A stretch of DNA of 64,000 bases from Phycisphaerae bacterium (GTDB lineage Bacteria > Planctomycetota > Phycisphaerae > SM23-33), in NCBI GenBank assembly GCA_016931655.1, contig JAFGEJ010000200.1, forward strand, positions 6,015-70,014. Reading direction: 5' to 3'. Every line of letters begins with the position of its first letter. Positions within the stretch are counted from its first letter, which is position 1. Of this stretch, positions 38,585-47,889 are shown one piece after another. The notes below the pieces were generated by a model. The model had not been told where the DNA came from, ran no database searches, and saw nothing but the letters and a program-made list of their open reading frames with translations. Position numbers and translations under genes: made by a program.

Positions 38585-39247
38585 TTATGTTTCCCGTCCC
38601 GCGGCGCTGAGGGTGCGGAAGACCGGCCCGGGCGGGGCCAGGCGGTGCGGTTGGGTGATCTCGCGCGTTTTGAGGAACCGCACGCCCTTGGCGTTCATTC
38701 GGCTGTAGGCCATTCCCGCGGCCGGATCGTCCAATCCCAGCACCGCGTCGGTCGCCAGCGTCACACGAAAACCGCGCGCCCGCAGCCCCACCGCCGCCTG
38801 GACAATCCCGTGGGCCACGCCCGCACCGCAGAGAACAAATTCCACGGAGGGCAGTTCGCTCAGCAGACGCTCCGCGCGGGCGTGCAGAAAAATATCCGTG
38901 TTGCGCTTCTCGAAGATCACCTGCCGGTACTGCTCGAACAGGTCGTCCGGCAGGTCCGTGGTGTTCAGCAGGCCGAGGTTCAGGTACGGCCTGACAATGG
39001 TCTTGAAGAGCTTCCTCTCGCCGGGCGTGCCTTCCACACAGTGCGGCTTATCCGCCAGCGGACCGATGCGTCCGTCCGGCACGCGCAGAACGGTGCTCAG
39101 GATCGGATGATCGTTCCGCTTCGCCCAGTCGAACAGGCTGTAGATGTTAGATCGGGCCGCGTCCGCCTCGTGGGTGTAGCAGCGCCCCTGGGAGAGAAAG
39201 AAATCCCGTTGCACTTCAATGTCGAGCAGAATCAAATCATACGTCAT
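38585..39247 (-). CDS. Isochorismatase-family (cysteine hydrolase) protein
   Basis: MTYDLILLDIEVQRDFF ... FVLCGAGVAHGIVQAAVGLRARGFRVTLATDAV. Typical D/K/C arrangement. 220 aa. Confidence 0.6.
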   Translation of the reverse strand: MTYDLILLDIEVQRDFFLSQGRCYTHEADAARSNIYSLFDWAKRNDHPILSTVLRVPDGRIGPLADKPHCVEGTPGERKLFKTIVRPYLNLGLLNTTDLPDDLFEQYRQVIFEKRNTDIFLHARAERLLSELPSVEFVLCGAGVAHGIVQAAVGLRARGFRVTLATDAVLGLDDPAAGMAYSRMNAKGVRFLKTREITQPHRLAPPGPVFRTLSAAGRET

Positions 39248-39411
39248 GGCCCACCTCCCTTCCCGGGCCTGGGCTTTCCCCTAACCTCCAGATCATTGTA
39301 GGCGCACAACAGACGGGGCGGGGCAAAGGCCCCTTTATATTTAGACGAACGTTTCTCCCGGAGGGTTCGGGGAAAATGGAACTTTTTTGCCCGTTCGAGC
39401 TTTGAGCCTCG

Positions 39412-40599
39412 CTATCGAACGGTCAGGAAAAATTCCATGAGATTCGCGCCGGCGTCGATGTGCAGGTCGCTTTGGCGTGCATTTGCCTCGGTGAACGAAC
39501 CGGTCAGGACGTGCTCCATGCGTTTTCCGGCGATGGCAAACGGCACGGCTTCGGACGTATGCGTGCGAAGCCGGCAGGGCGTGGGGTGGTCCGGCAGGAC
39601 GAGGATGCGCCACTCGTCGCCCTCGGCCTGGAGGCGCTCCAGCAGCGGTGCGATGATTTTCTCGTCGATTCGCTCCAGGCCGACGAGTTTCGCCTTGCCG
39701 TCGGCGTTGTGCCCGGCTTCGTCCGGGCCTTCCAGGTGCACGAGCACCAGGTCGTGGGTGTCGAGGGCTTCGACGGCGGCGGCGGCTTTGCCTTCGTAGT
39801 TCGTGTCCACCAGTCCGGTCGCGCCGGGCACGTCGATCACGTCCCAGCCGATCAGCCGCGAAAGCCCGCGAACCAGATCGACGGCGGTGATCGCGGCGCC
39901 CCGTACGCCGAATCGCTCCTCGAAGCCGGGCAGTTGGGGCATCTTGCCCTGCCCCCACAGCCAGATGTTCGTGGCGGGATTTTCGCCCAGTTCCCGGCGG
40001 ACGGCGTTGATTTCCTCTCCCGCCAGGAGCGTTTCCGCCGCGGCCATGAGCTTGCGCAGCCGTTCGGCGCCCCGGCCGGTCGGAAGGTGATCGTCGGCCT
40101 TTCGGCCGAGAATGTCATGCGGCGGGATCGTCTGAACGTCGAAGTCGGCGTCTATGGTTGTCAGGTGGCGGTAGCTCACGCCGGGATAAAAATGCACGCC
40201 GATTTCGCCAAGAGCGGCCTGGAGCTTCCGAAGGATCTCCCCGCCTTCCTCGGTCGTGATATGCCCCGCGGAGTGATCCTCCATCACGCCGTCGATAATC
40301 GTCACGAGATTGCAGCGGAAAATCCACGCCTCCGGCGGGACGGTCAGTCCCTGTGCGGCGGCCTCCAGCGGCGCCCGGCCGGTGTAGAACTCGACAGGGC
40401 TGTAGCCCAGGACCGAAAGAATCGCCACGTCCGAACCGGGGGCCATATCGGCGGGGATATTCCGCACCGTACCGATTCGTCCATGCTTGGCGATCCAGTC
40501 CATGTTCGGCGTGCGGGCCGCCTCCAGGGGCGTCTTGCCGCCGAGTTCCTCCAGCGGTTCGTCGGCCGCCCCGTCCGGTATGATGATGGCGTATTTCAT
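39412..40599 (-). CDS. Archaeal-type cofactor-independent phosphoglycerate mutase homolog (ApgM family). Family members next to hom have been proposed as non-canonical homoserine kinases.
   Basis: Start at MKYAIIIPDGAADEP (ATG 40599). Alkaline-phosphatase-superfamily metal ligands (...VLPDHPTP..., ...HLEGPDEAGH...). 395 aa. Immediately downstream of hom. Confidence 0.75.
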   Translation of the reverse strand: MKYAIIIPDGAADEPLEELGGKTPLEAARTPNMDWIAKHGRIGTVRNIPADMAPGSDVAILSVLGYSPVEFYTGRAPLEAAAQGLTVPPEAWIFRCNLVTIIDGVMEDHSAGHITTEEGGEILRKLQAALGEIGVHFYPGVSYRHLTTIDADFDVQTIPPHDILGRKADDHLPTGRGAERLRKLMAAAETLLAGEEINAVRRELGENPATNIWLWGQGKMPQLPGFEERFGVRGAAITAVDLVRGLSRLIGWDVIDVPGATGLVDTNYEGKAAAAVEALDTHDLVLVHLEGPDEAGHNADGKAKLVGLERIDEKIIAPLLERLQAEGDEWRILVLPDHPTPCRLRTHTSEAVPFAIAGKRMEHVLTGSFTEANARQSDLHIDAGANLMEFFLTVR

Positions 40600-40620
40600 T
40601 TTTGTTACCCAGCTATCTTT

Positions 40621-40754
40621 GTTGTCATCCTGAGCGAAGTCGCGTGTGAGCGAAGCGAACATCGCGACGAAGTCGAAGGACCTTATGGGATTGAGGAGGC
40701 GAGGTCCTTCGGCTTCGACTCTCGCTACGCTCGAGTCTTCGCTCAGGATGACAA
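40621..40754. repeat. MITE/REP-like palindromic element, copy 3 of 3, inserted between hom and the apgM-like gene
   Basis: GTTGTCATCCTGAGCGAAGTCGCG...GAAGTCGAAGGACC ... GGTCCTTCGGCTTCGAC...GTCTTCGCTCAGGATGACAA. Confidence 0.8.
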
Positions 40755-40780
40755 TGGATGTTATTTTGTTTAATGAACCG

Positions 40781-42106
40781 TTACAACTCCTCCGGGTACT
40801 CCTCCACAATCCCAATGCACACGCTTTTGCCTTTCACGACGTTCAGGGCGTCGATTTCGGCCACGGCGTTGCGGACGTTGCCCTCGCGGGCGTGGTGGGT
40901 CGTGATGATCACGGGCACGCCCCCAGCCGAGGCGCTGTGGGGTTCCTGCTGAAGGACGGAGGTGATGCTGATTTCGTGCTTACCCAGAATCGCGGCGATC
41001 TGTCCGAAGACGCCGGGTGCGTCCTGGCAGGTGATGCGGAGATAGTAGCGACTCTGGACGGCCTCGATGGGCAACTGCTCCGCCTTCTCGGACAGGTCGG
41101 GCCAGAGCTTCAACTGGGCGAACTGATTCTGCCACGCCCCCATCGCCAGGGAGAGAATGTCCGCCGCCACCGCCGAGGCCGTCGGTTTTCCGCCCGCGCC
41201 GCGTCCGTAGTACATCGTATGGCCGGTGGCGTGGCCGTACACACTCACCGCGTTGAACGGCCCGGAAACCCACGCCAGCGGATGCTCTTTCGAGATGAAC
41301 GCCGGGCGGACGCGCAGGGATAAGCCATCGTCCTGGCGAGAGGCGATCGCAAGCAGCTTCACGACGTATCCGAGCTGCTGGCCGAAGGCCACGTCGCACA
41401 ACTCCAGCGTGTCGATGCCCTCGACGGGAATCGCGTCGTAGTCGATTTTCCGCCCGAACGCCAGCGAGGCCAGAATGGCCAGCTTGTGGGCCGAGTCCTC
41501 GCCGGAGACGTCCAGTGTGGGGTCGGCCTCGGCAAGGCCCGCCTTCTGTGCCTCGGCCAGTACGTCGGCGTAGCTTCGGCCGGCAGTGGTCATCTCCGTG
41601 AGAATGAAATTGCACGTACCGTTGACAATGCCATACAGCGCGTCGAGACGATTGGCAATCAACCCGCCCGTCAGCGCGCGGATGATCGGAATCCCTCCGG
41701 CACAACTGGCCTCGAACGCGATGCTCACATTCTGCCGCCGCGCAAGGGCGTACAGTTCCGCCCCGGCGTGGGCGAGCAGGGCCTTGTTCGCCGTCACCAC
41801 GTGCTTGCCGGCACGGAGGGCTTTTTCCATCACGTCCCGCGCGATGGTTTGCCCGCCGATCAGTTCCACGACGACGTGCACGTCCTTGTCGTCGAGAACC
41901 TTTTGGATATCCGTACAAAACAGAGCCTCGTCCAGGCCGAGGCTGCGGGCGTGGTCGAAGTTCACGTCCACGACGTAGCGCAGAACCACAGCCGGGGCAC
42001 ATCGGCCGGCGAGAACCTCCCGGTCGCGAGTCAAAAGCTGCGCCGCCGCGCCACCTACCGTACCGCAGCCGACAATCGCCACTCCAAACTGAACGGATTC
42101 AGACAT
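40781..42106 (-). CDS. hom: Homoserine dehydrogenase (with C-terminal ACT domain)
   Basis: ATG 42106 preceded by AAGGAG. VAIVGCGTVGG is an NAD-binding motif. Catalytic region and ACT tail follow. 441 aa. Confidence 0.88.
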   Translation of the reverse strand: MSESVQFGVAIVGCGTVGGAAAQLLTRDREVLAGRCAPAVVLRYVVDVNFDHARSLGLDEALFCTDIQKVLDDKDVHVVVELIGGQTIARDVMEKALRAGKHVVTANKALLAHAGAELYALARRQNVSIAFEASCAGGIPIIRALTGGLIANRLDALYGIVNGTCNFILTEMTTAGRSYADVLAEAQKAGLAEADPTLDVSGEDSAHKLAILASLAFGRKIDYDAIPVEGIDTLELCDVAFGQQLGYVVKLLAIASRQDDGLSLRVRPAFISKEHPLAWVSGPFNAVSVYGHATGHTMYYGRGAGGKPTASAVAADILSLAMGAWQNQFAQLKLWPDLSEKAEQLPIEAVQSRYYLRITCQDAPGVFGQIAAILGKHEISITSVLQQEPHSASAGGVPVIITTHHAREGNVRNAVAEIDALNVVKGKSVCIGIVEEYPEEL

Positions 42107-42383
42107 TATCTCGTGTCTCCTTGCAACCACAAATCATGGTATGCGCCCCAACGAAAAAACGCAAGAACGTGTCACCTTCAAGCGAGTTTTTCAAAAAACG
42201 AGCTTGTGGGTGCCTGGGGAAGCGGGAAGCCGGGAGCAGGCAGCAGAGAAAATGAAGCACCCACAAAAATAGCGAGTTTCGATGAAACGTTCGATTTTTG
42301 AAGGCGCCACATTTCAGGCAAGAACATGACACTCTTGCCGAGGAAAGGAATGGACAGTACGATACCCCCCAAAGGGATTCCCC

Positions 42384-43556
42384 ATGAGCGAGACAAAACC
42401 GATCGACGCGAAACGAACGCTGGCGGCCATCGTCTTTACGGACATCGTGGACTACAGCGCCCGGATGCAGAAAAACGAAGACCAGACGCTCCAACTCGCC
42501 AAGCGCGACATGGCGGCGATCGACGAAATCTGCCGCCAGTGTGAAGGACGCGTGCTCAAGAACACGGGCGACGGGCTGTTGATGTACTTCGAGAGCGCCA
42601 CGCAGGCGGTGGCTTGTGCCATGCGGGCCCAGGCGCATTTCGTGTCGGTGGCCAAAAAGGTCCCCGCCGAAGAGCAGTTGCAGCATCGAATCGGCATTCA
42701 CCTGGGCGACGTGTTCGTCAGCGACGACGACGTGATGGGCGACGGTGTGAACGTCGCCGCCCGACTGCAGGCCGAGGCCCCGCCGGGAGGCATCTGCGTC
42801 TCGCAGACCGTCTACGACGTGGTGAAGAACCGCCTGGGCGTGAAGGTGACGTACCTGGGTCCGCGGGAACTGAAGAATATCCGCGAGGCCGTCCCGGTGT
42901 ACCAGATTCTGCTGGACGCAGCCGGGTTCGGCGAAAAACCCATCCGCGCGGACAACCGGGCCGGCTGGAAGTGGATCCTCGCCGGCGCCCTAGGCGCCGT
43001 CGTGTTGGCCGGCGGAATCGTGGCAACCTGGCTGGCGACGCGGGAATCCCCTTCCTCCGCTTCGCCGTCGGCCTCGAATCGCTCCTCAACCACCCAGCCG
43101 CACCGCCGTCTGCCGGGCCTGCGCTCCAGCCGGGAACAGCCCGACGAGCAGCGCCAGGCCGTCGAGGAAGCGCGCAGACGATATCTGCCGGGCGGCGATT
43201 TTCAGGGCTTCGTCGACTGGCTGGAGAAGCAGAATATGGGGCAAGCCCCGCTGGCGGAGCAATATCGCCAGGCGGTCCGCCTGAAAAAGCTGGCCATGAT
43301 TCGCCTGCAAAGCACCCGCCGGGATGAACCCATCGATATCGAATTCCGCACGCCGCGCGGGCCTCGCCGCGCGCAGATCTGGGCCGACGAGGACGGCGGG
43401 TTTCGGCTTCGCAGCCAGGACGGCCCGGAGCGAACCCTCCGCCGCATTCCGCCGAGAATGATGCTGGAAGTGTACCAGGCTGTGGCGGTCTCCCCCGAAC
43501 AGCGGCGCACCGTCGGCTTCCTTCTGTCGGAATACCGACGCCTCGGTCCGGAATAG
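42384..43556 (+). CDS. Class III adenylate/guanylate cyclase with one TM helix and an uncharacterised C-terminal domain
   Basis: N-terminal CHD (AIVFTDIVDYSARM...NTGDGLLMYF...GIHLGDV...). TM helix WKWILAGALGAVVLAGGIVATWLA. Confidence 0.8.
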   Translation: MSETKPIDAKRTLAAIVFTDIVDYSARMQKNEDQTLQLAKRDMAAIDEICRQCEGRVLKNTGDGLLMYFESATQAVACAMRAQAHFVSVAKKVPAEEQLQHRIGIHLGDVFVSDDDVMGDGVNVAARLQAEAPPGGICVSQTVYDVVKNRLGVKVTYLGPRELKNIREAVPVYQILLDAAGFGEKPIRADNRAGWKWILAGALGAVVLAGGIVATWLATRESPSSASPSASNRSSTTQPHRRLPGLRSSREQPDEQRQAVEEARRRYLPGGDFQGFVDWLEKQNMGQAPLAEQYRQAVRLKKLAMIRLQSTRRDEPIDIEFRTPRGPRRAQIWADEDGGFRLRSQDGPERTLRRIPPRMMLEVYQAVAVSPEQRRTVGFLLSEYRRLGPE

Positions 43557-43753
43557 GCAATTCTCTACCGCGGCGTCCGAAGAAGAAGGCCGAAAACTAC
43601 CATTTTTCCGATAAAAATCGGCGGGGCGCCTTCCGATATCTTTTTTGATGGGGAAGGGGTGTGTCCACCGGGCCGGACGTACCACCGGGAGGAATCCTGT
43701 GTATTTCGGACCACGTAGGGCCTGCGAACATTCGGGGAACGGGGAAAAACTTC

Positions 43754-46192
43754 ATGCAAGATCCTGTGCAGAACACTGAAAATCCGCGTACGGCGGACAC
43801 GGTAGAGACGCTATCGCCTCCCCAAACCGGCACAACTCCACCGCCGAAAAAACGTTTCCGATTCCGATTGACGTCGCTGCTGGCGATGGGAGCGGGCGTT
43901 GCGATGTGCCTGACGACGTTCCAGGCCATCCGCGAAACACAATTGCGAATGACGCACCCGACGTGGTACGCCTGGGGCATGCTGATTTCCGGCCTGATTC
44001 TCACGACATTCCTGGCGATTTCTCTCCATCTGCTCTTCTCGCAACCGGCACGCTTCGGGCAAACCCTGAGCCCCCGGGCCGAAAAACGCCTGCAAAAAAC
44101 ACTGCACTATTCCGTCGGCATCCTGGAAGCCCTGCCGTTCGGTGTGTTCGTCGTCGGGCCGGATCGGCGCATTCGAATGATCAATCAGACCGCCCTGGCG
44201 ATGATGGGGCGAAATCGCCGGGACGTTCTCGGAAGCGTCTGTCAAACCCATGTTTGTTTTTCCGGCCTGGACGGCTGCCCGATATTGGATCACGGCGAAA
44301 TCGTCGACCAGGCCGAATGCACGCTCCTGCGCGCCGACGGGGAACAGATTCCGGTCCTTAAAACCGTCATTCCCGTCCGGCTGGACGACGAAGAAGTCCT
44401 GCTGGAATCGTTCATCGACATCACCAAACGCAAGCAGGTGGAGGAAAACCTCCGCGAGGCGAAAGAACAGACCGAATCGCTGAACGAGGAACTGCGTCAG
44501 CAGACGCTTCTGGCTCGCCAGATGGCGATGGAGGCAAAAGTCGCCGCGGAAGCGAAAGACCGGTTCCTGACCAATATGAGCCACGAAATCCGCACGCCGC
44601 TGAACGGCGTGATGGGAATGAACCAACTGCTGCTGGGCACGTCTCTCGATCCGGATCAACGCTATTACTCTGAAACCATCCATACCTGCGCCGGGCAACT
44701 CCTCAAATTCATCGAGGACGTGCTGGATTACGAAAAGCTGGAAACCGGCGAACTGCAGCTCCAGAAGGTGGAGTTTGATTTACGCAGCCTGGTGGAGGAA
44801 ACCGCCGAGACCCTGGCCTTAAAAGCACATCAGCAGGAACTGGCGTTTTCCGTGTACGTTGATCCCGCGGCGCCCCGGTTCCTGCGTGGAGACGCGAATC
44901 GGCTGCATCGGGTCCTGGTCAATCTGATCGGCAACGCCGTCAAATTCACCGAAACCGGCGAAGTAGCCATGTCCGTCACGCTGTGCGAAGAACCCCCCGC
45001 CCACGCCGTGTTGCGGTTTTCCGTGCGGGACACGGGAGTCGGGATTCCCCCGGATCAGCAGGAACGGATTTTTGACCTGTTCGCCCAACTGGACGATTCC
45101 ATGTCGCGCCGTCACGAGGGAATGGGGCTGGGACTGACCCTCGCGCGACAATTTGTCCTGTTGATGGGCGGAGACATCCACGTTCACAGCGACGTGGGAC
45201 AAGGCTCGGAATTCTGGTTCGTCATCACGCTGGAGAAGCAACTCGACGCGGAGCAGACGCTCCCCGTTCCGTCGGAGCTGAACGGCCTGGACGTTCTGGT
45301 GGTAAACGAAGACGCCGCCGGTCGGCGCGTGCTGCGTCGTTACCTGGAAAGCTGGGGCTGCCGCGTTCGGGACGCCCTGGACACTCGGGAAGCCCAAAGG
45401 TTCCTCGAAGCCGCCCGCGACGAAGCTCCCTGTGTTCCGGTTGTGCTCATCAGTCGCTCTTTGCCCGACAACGGGGCCGAAGTATTGGCCCGGTGGATTC
45501 GTCGGTCGGAGACACTGCATGGAACGACGATGATTTTGTTGACGCCCCGGGTGCAGCGCGGAGACGCACGACGGATTCGGGAATTGGGATACCTCGGATA
45601 TCTGCCACAACCGATCAAGTATCAAAACCTGCTGGACGTCCTTCAGGCGGCGGTGGAATTTCAGAAAGGGGAAACACCACCGGACGAAGAGGAATCGTTT
45701 GAGGAACCGGCGTCTGTTTTGTCTTCTTCCGCCTTCCGCGCGAACGGATCTTCCCTGTTTTCCGCCCGCATCCTCCTGGTGGAGGACAACCACGCCAATC
45801 AGGTCATTGCAATGGAAATTCTCAAGTCGCTGGGATTTACCTCACGGGCGGTTCGTAACGGACGCCAGGCCGTCGATCTGCTCAGCCGGGAGGATTTCGA
45901 CCTGGTTCTGATGGACTGCCAGATGCCCGTAATGGACGGATACGAAGCCGCGCAGATTATCCGCGACCCTTCCTCGCCGGTTCGCCGCCATGACATGCCG
46001 ATCATCGCAATGACCGCCCACGCCCGCGACGGCGACCGGGAAAAATGCCTTTCCGCCGGCATGAACGACTACCTGGCCAAACCCGTCATGCCCGAAGCGT
46101 TGTCCGTCGCCCTGGCGCGCCATCTTCCACCGCCGGCTCCTCCCGACGAGTCGTCGCTTCCGCTTACCTCTCCCTTTCCCCGTTCGGAATAA
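43754..46192 (+). CDS. Hybrid sensor histidine kinase (2 TM, PAS, HisKA, HATPase, two receiver domains)
   Basis: Start at MQDPVQN. H-box MSHEIRTPLNGV. ATPase GMGLGLTLARQFV. Receivers VLVVNEDAAG... and ILLVEDNHANQ...LMDCQMPVMDGYE. The C-terminal receiver of this protein ends at 46192. Confidence 0.85.
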   Translation: MQDPVQNTENPRTADTVETLSPPQTGTTPPPKKRFRFRLTSLLAMGAGVAMCLTTFQAIRETQLRMTHPTWYAWGMLISGLILTTFLAISLHLLFSQPARFGQTLSPRAEKRLQKTLHYSVGILEALPFGVFVVGPDRRIRMINQTALAMMGRNRRDVLGSVCQTHVCFSGLDGCPILDHGEIVDQAECTLLRADGEQIPVLKTVIPVRLDDEEVLLESFIDITKRKQVEENLREAKEQTESLNEELRQQTLLARQMAMEAKVAAEAKDRFLTNMSHEIRTPLNGVMGMNQLLLGTSLDPDQRYYSETIHTCAGQLLKFIEDVLDYEKLETGELQLQKVEFDLRSLVEETAETLALKAHQQELAFSVYVDPAAPRFLRGDANRLHRVLVNLIGNAVKFTETGEVAMSVTLCEEPPAHAVLRFSVRDTGVGIPPDQQERIFDLFAQLDDSMSRRHEGMGLGLTLARQFVLLMGGDIHVHSDVGQGSEFWFVITLEKQLDAEQTLPVPSELNGLDVLVVNEDAAGRRVLRRYLESWGCRVRDALDTREAQRFLEAARDEAPCVPVVLISRSLPDNGAEVLARWIRRSETLHGTTMILLTPRVQRGDARRIRELGYLGYLPQPIKYQNLLDVLQAAVEFQKGETPPDEEESFEEPASVLSSSAFRANGSSLFSARILLVEDNHANQVIAMEILKSLGFTSRAVRNGRQAVDLLSREDFDLVLMDCQMPVMDGYEAAQIIRDPSSPVRRHDMPIIAMTAHARDGDREKCLSAGMNDYLAKPVMPEALSVALARHLPPPAPPDESSLPLTSPFPRSE

Positions 46193-46223
46193 CATGGAAC
46201 CGCGCATAGAGGCGCAGAAAAAA

Positions 46224-46257
46224 GCGGCGGATGCCGCCGTGGCTGGGCATCCGCCGC
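46224..46257 (-). terminator. Intrinsic terminator for the small basic-protein gene; also closes the convergent hybrid HK gene
   Basis: Perfect 12-bp stem GCGGCGGATGCC / GGCATCCGCCGC with a 10-nt loop. On the minus strand it is followed by TTTTTT (AAAAAA at 46218-46223 on the plus strand). Confidence 0.65.
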
Positions 46258-46355
46258 ACATTCGAGTCACCCCCGCCGGTTTCAGCGAGGGCCGTCGTCG
46301 AAAAATCTCTGACGACAATTGCAAAGTTTTAGGGCTGTCTACCTTTTCTTCGCAA

Positions 46356-46469
46356 CTTACCTTCTTTTCTTCGCTACTTTTTTCTTCTTCGCCACTTTCT
46401 TCTTCTTCGCTACTTTCTTCTTGGCGACTTTTTTCTTGGCCGCCTTCTTCGCTGCTTTCTTCTTGGCCA
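46356..46469 (-). CDS. 37-aa Lys/Ala-rich highly basic small protein (histone-H1-like tail / nucleoid-associated-like), absent from the ORF track
   Basis: Reverse complement reads ATG GCC AAG AAG AAA GCA GCG ... AGA AGG TAA, giving MAKKKAAKKAAKKKVAKKKVAKKKKVAKKKKVAKKRR. The ATG is preceded by AAGGAGGTGAAAAGAC, a perfect SD with 7-nt spacing. An intrinsic terminator lies downstream and a sigma70-like TTGCAT-18-TATAAG sits upstream. Confidence 0.6.
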
Positions 46470-46527
46470 TGTCTTTTCACCTCCTTCCGTGAGTAAAGGA
46501 GACATTCCAGAAGAAAAAACTTTTTCT

Positions 46528-46557
46528 TCTTATATCGTTGTTTCGGCAATCAATGCA
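46528..46557 (-). promoter_or_regulatory. Putative sigma70-type promoter for the small basic-protein gene
   Basis: Minus-strand TTGCAT (46557-46552), 18-nt spacer, TATAAG (46533-46528), about 55 nt upstream of the ATG. AT-rich context. Confidence 0.3.
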
Positions 46558-46965
46558 AGTGGTTGACGAAATTTTTTTTTGCATTTTTCATTCTCTTACA
46601 TTTCGACATATCGTCGGCCGATCCTTAAAAAAACTTCGCGCCGGGCGCAACAAAACGCCGGCCAACGCAAATGGCAAGGCGCCGGATTTCACCAAGAGAA
46701 TTTTATGCCCATTTTACGGCCTTTTTTTGACCAATTACAATTATATCATTATATGTCAATATATAATATTGTTGAAGACGGGCGCCCGTGGGCAAAAAAT
46801 TTTGTCCTCCGCGCCCGTTTTTCCGCCCCCGGGTGCCCCCAAAAAAATTTTTCGCCGAAAAAGAAACTCTTGCTCTGTGCGCGGGAAATCGTTCTTCATT
46901 TTTCCCCGGCGCGCGGGTATAAAACGACGTGGTTTTATCGGCGGGCTTCTACGAGGACGCTCCGT

Positions 46966-47877
46966 ATGCGGAAGACAACGTGGATGAAAAATATCGGACT
47001 GCTTCTCCTGGCCTTTGCGCCGGCGGGCTGTCCTTCCGAACCCACGGGCGAGACGCCCGTGGGCAAATGGCTGCTTCGGGAACCGGTCACGGGACAGAAC
47101 TATTACATCTACGTCCCGAACCGCTATCGGCACGAGACCCCCGCGCCGGTCATTATCAGTTGCCACGGCACGGTTCCGTTCGACGTGTCGAATTCGCATA
47201 TCGAAACATGGAAGGGATTCGGCGAGCGATACGGATTCATCATCGTCTGCCCGGACCTGGTGGGCACGGACGGCATCCTCGGCGACGGACCCGTCTCGGC
47301 CATGCTGGAATGCGAACGGCGTATCCTGAGCATCCTCAGCACGTTGAGCCACAAATACAACCTCGACCGCGCCAATGTTTTCCTGACGGGATTCTCCGGC
47401 GGCGGGTTCCCCACCTATTTCGTCGGGCTGCGCCATACGGACATCTTTCGCGCCGTTGCGCCGCGCAACAGCAATTTCAACGAGCGAAACCTTGACGGCT
47501 GGTATCCTCCCGAAGCCCGGTCCATGCCCATGTTTATCGTCTGGGGAGACAGCGACCCGGCTACGATCAAAGCGCAGGCGGAAAACGCCGTGAATTACCT
47601 CCGTCGGAAGGGATTTCGCCCGACGACCAAAATTCTCCCCAGCACCGGCCACGAGCGAAAACCCCGGTATTCGATGGATTTCTTCCTGGCGCATCGCAAT
47701 CCAACGCCGCAGGGAACGATGACCTTCTCCTCTTCCCCCGCCAGTGCACGTCCAAGGCCGTCTCCTGCAACCCCGGTTCGCCCGTCGGCCAGTCCGCGAA
47801 CGCCGGCGCCGCCGCGCAGAACCGCACCCCCAAGGCCGTCGCCTCGCGAAAGAACCTACGACGCCCCGCCGCCGTAA
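46966..47877 (+). CDS. Esterase / PHB-depolymerase-like alpha/beta-hydrolase lipoprotein with Pro/Ser/Arg-rich C-terminal tail
   Basis: MRKTTWMKNIGLLLLAFAPAGC is a lipobox. GFSGGG is the nucleophile elbow. The tail is PRPSPATPVRPSASPRTPAPPRRTAPPRPSPRE. The start could be MKN at 46984. Confidence 0.65.
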   Translation: MRKTTWMKNIGLLLLAFAPAGCPSEPTGETPVGKWLLREPVTGQNYYIYVPNRYRHETPAPVIISCHGTVPFDVSNSHIETWKGFGERYGFIIVCPDLVGTDGILGDGPVSAMLECERRILSILSTLSHKYNLDRANVFLTGFSGGGFPTYFVGLRHTDIFRAVAPRNSNFNERNLDGWYPPEARSMPMFIVWGDSDPATIKAQAENAVNYLRRKGFRPTTKILPSTGHERKPRYSMDFFLAHRNPTPQGTMTFSSSPASARPRPSPATPVRPSASPRTPAPPRRTAPPRPSPRERTYDAPPP

Positions 47878-47889
47878 TGCTCCCGCCGC

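Noticed and set aside
39460-40773. 437-aa plus-strand ORF opposite the apgM-like gene; 340-aa alternative frame (40980..42002) within hom
   Set aside because: Antisense or alternate frames of well-supported genes.
45842-46549. 235-aa Glu/Ser-rich minus-strand ORF and 100-aa plus-strand ORF over the AAG/GCG repeat
   Set aside because: It is the same DNA as the 37-aa basic protein gene read in another frame. It lacks an SD and extends through the terminator hairpin.
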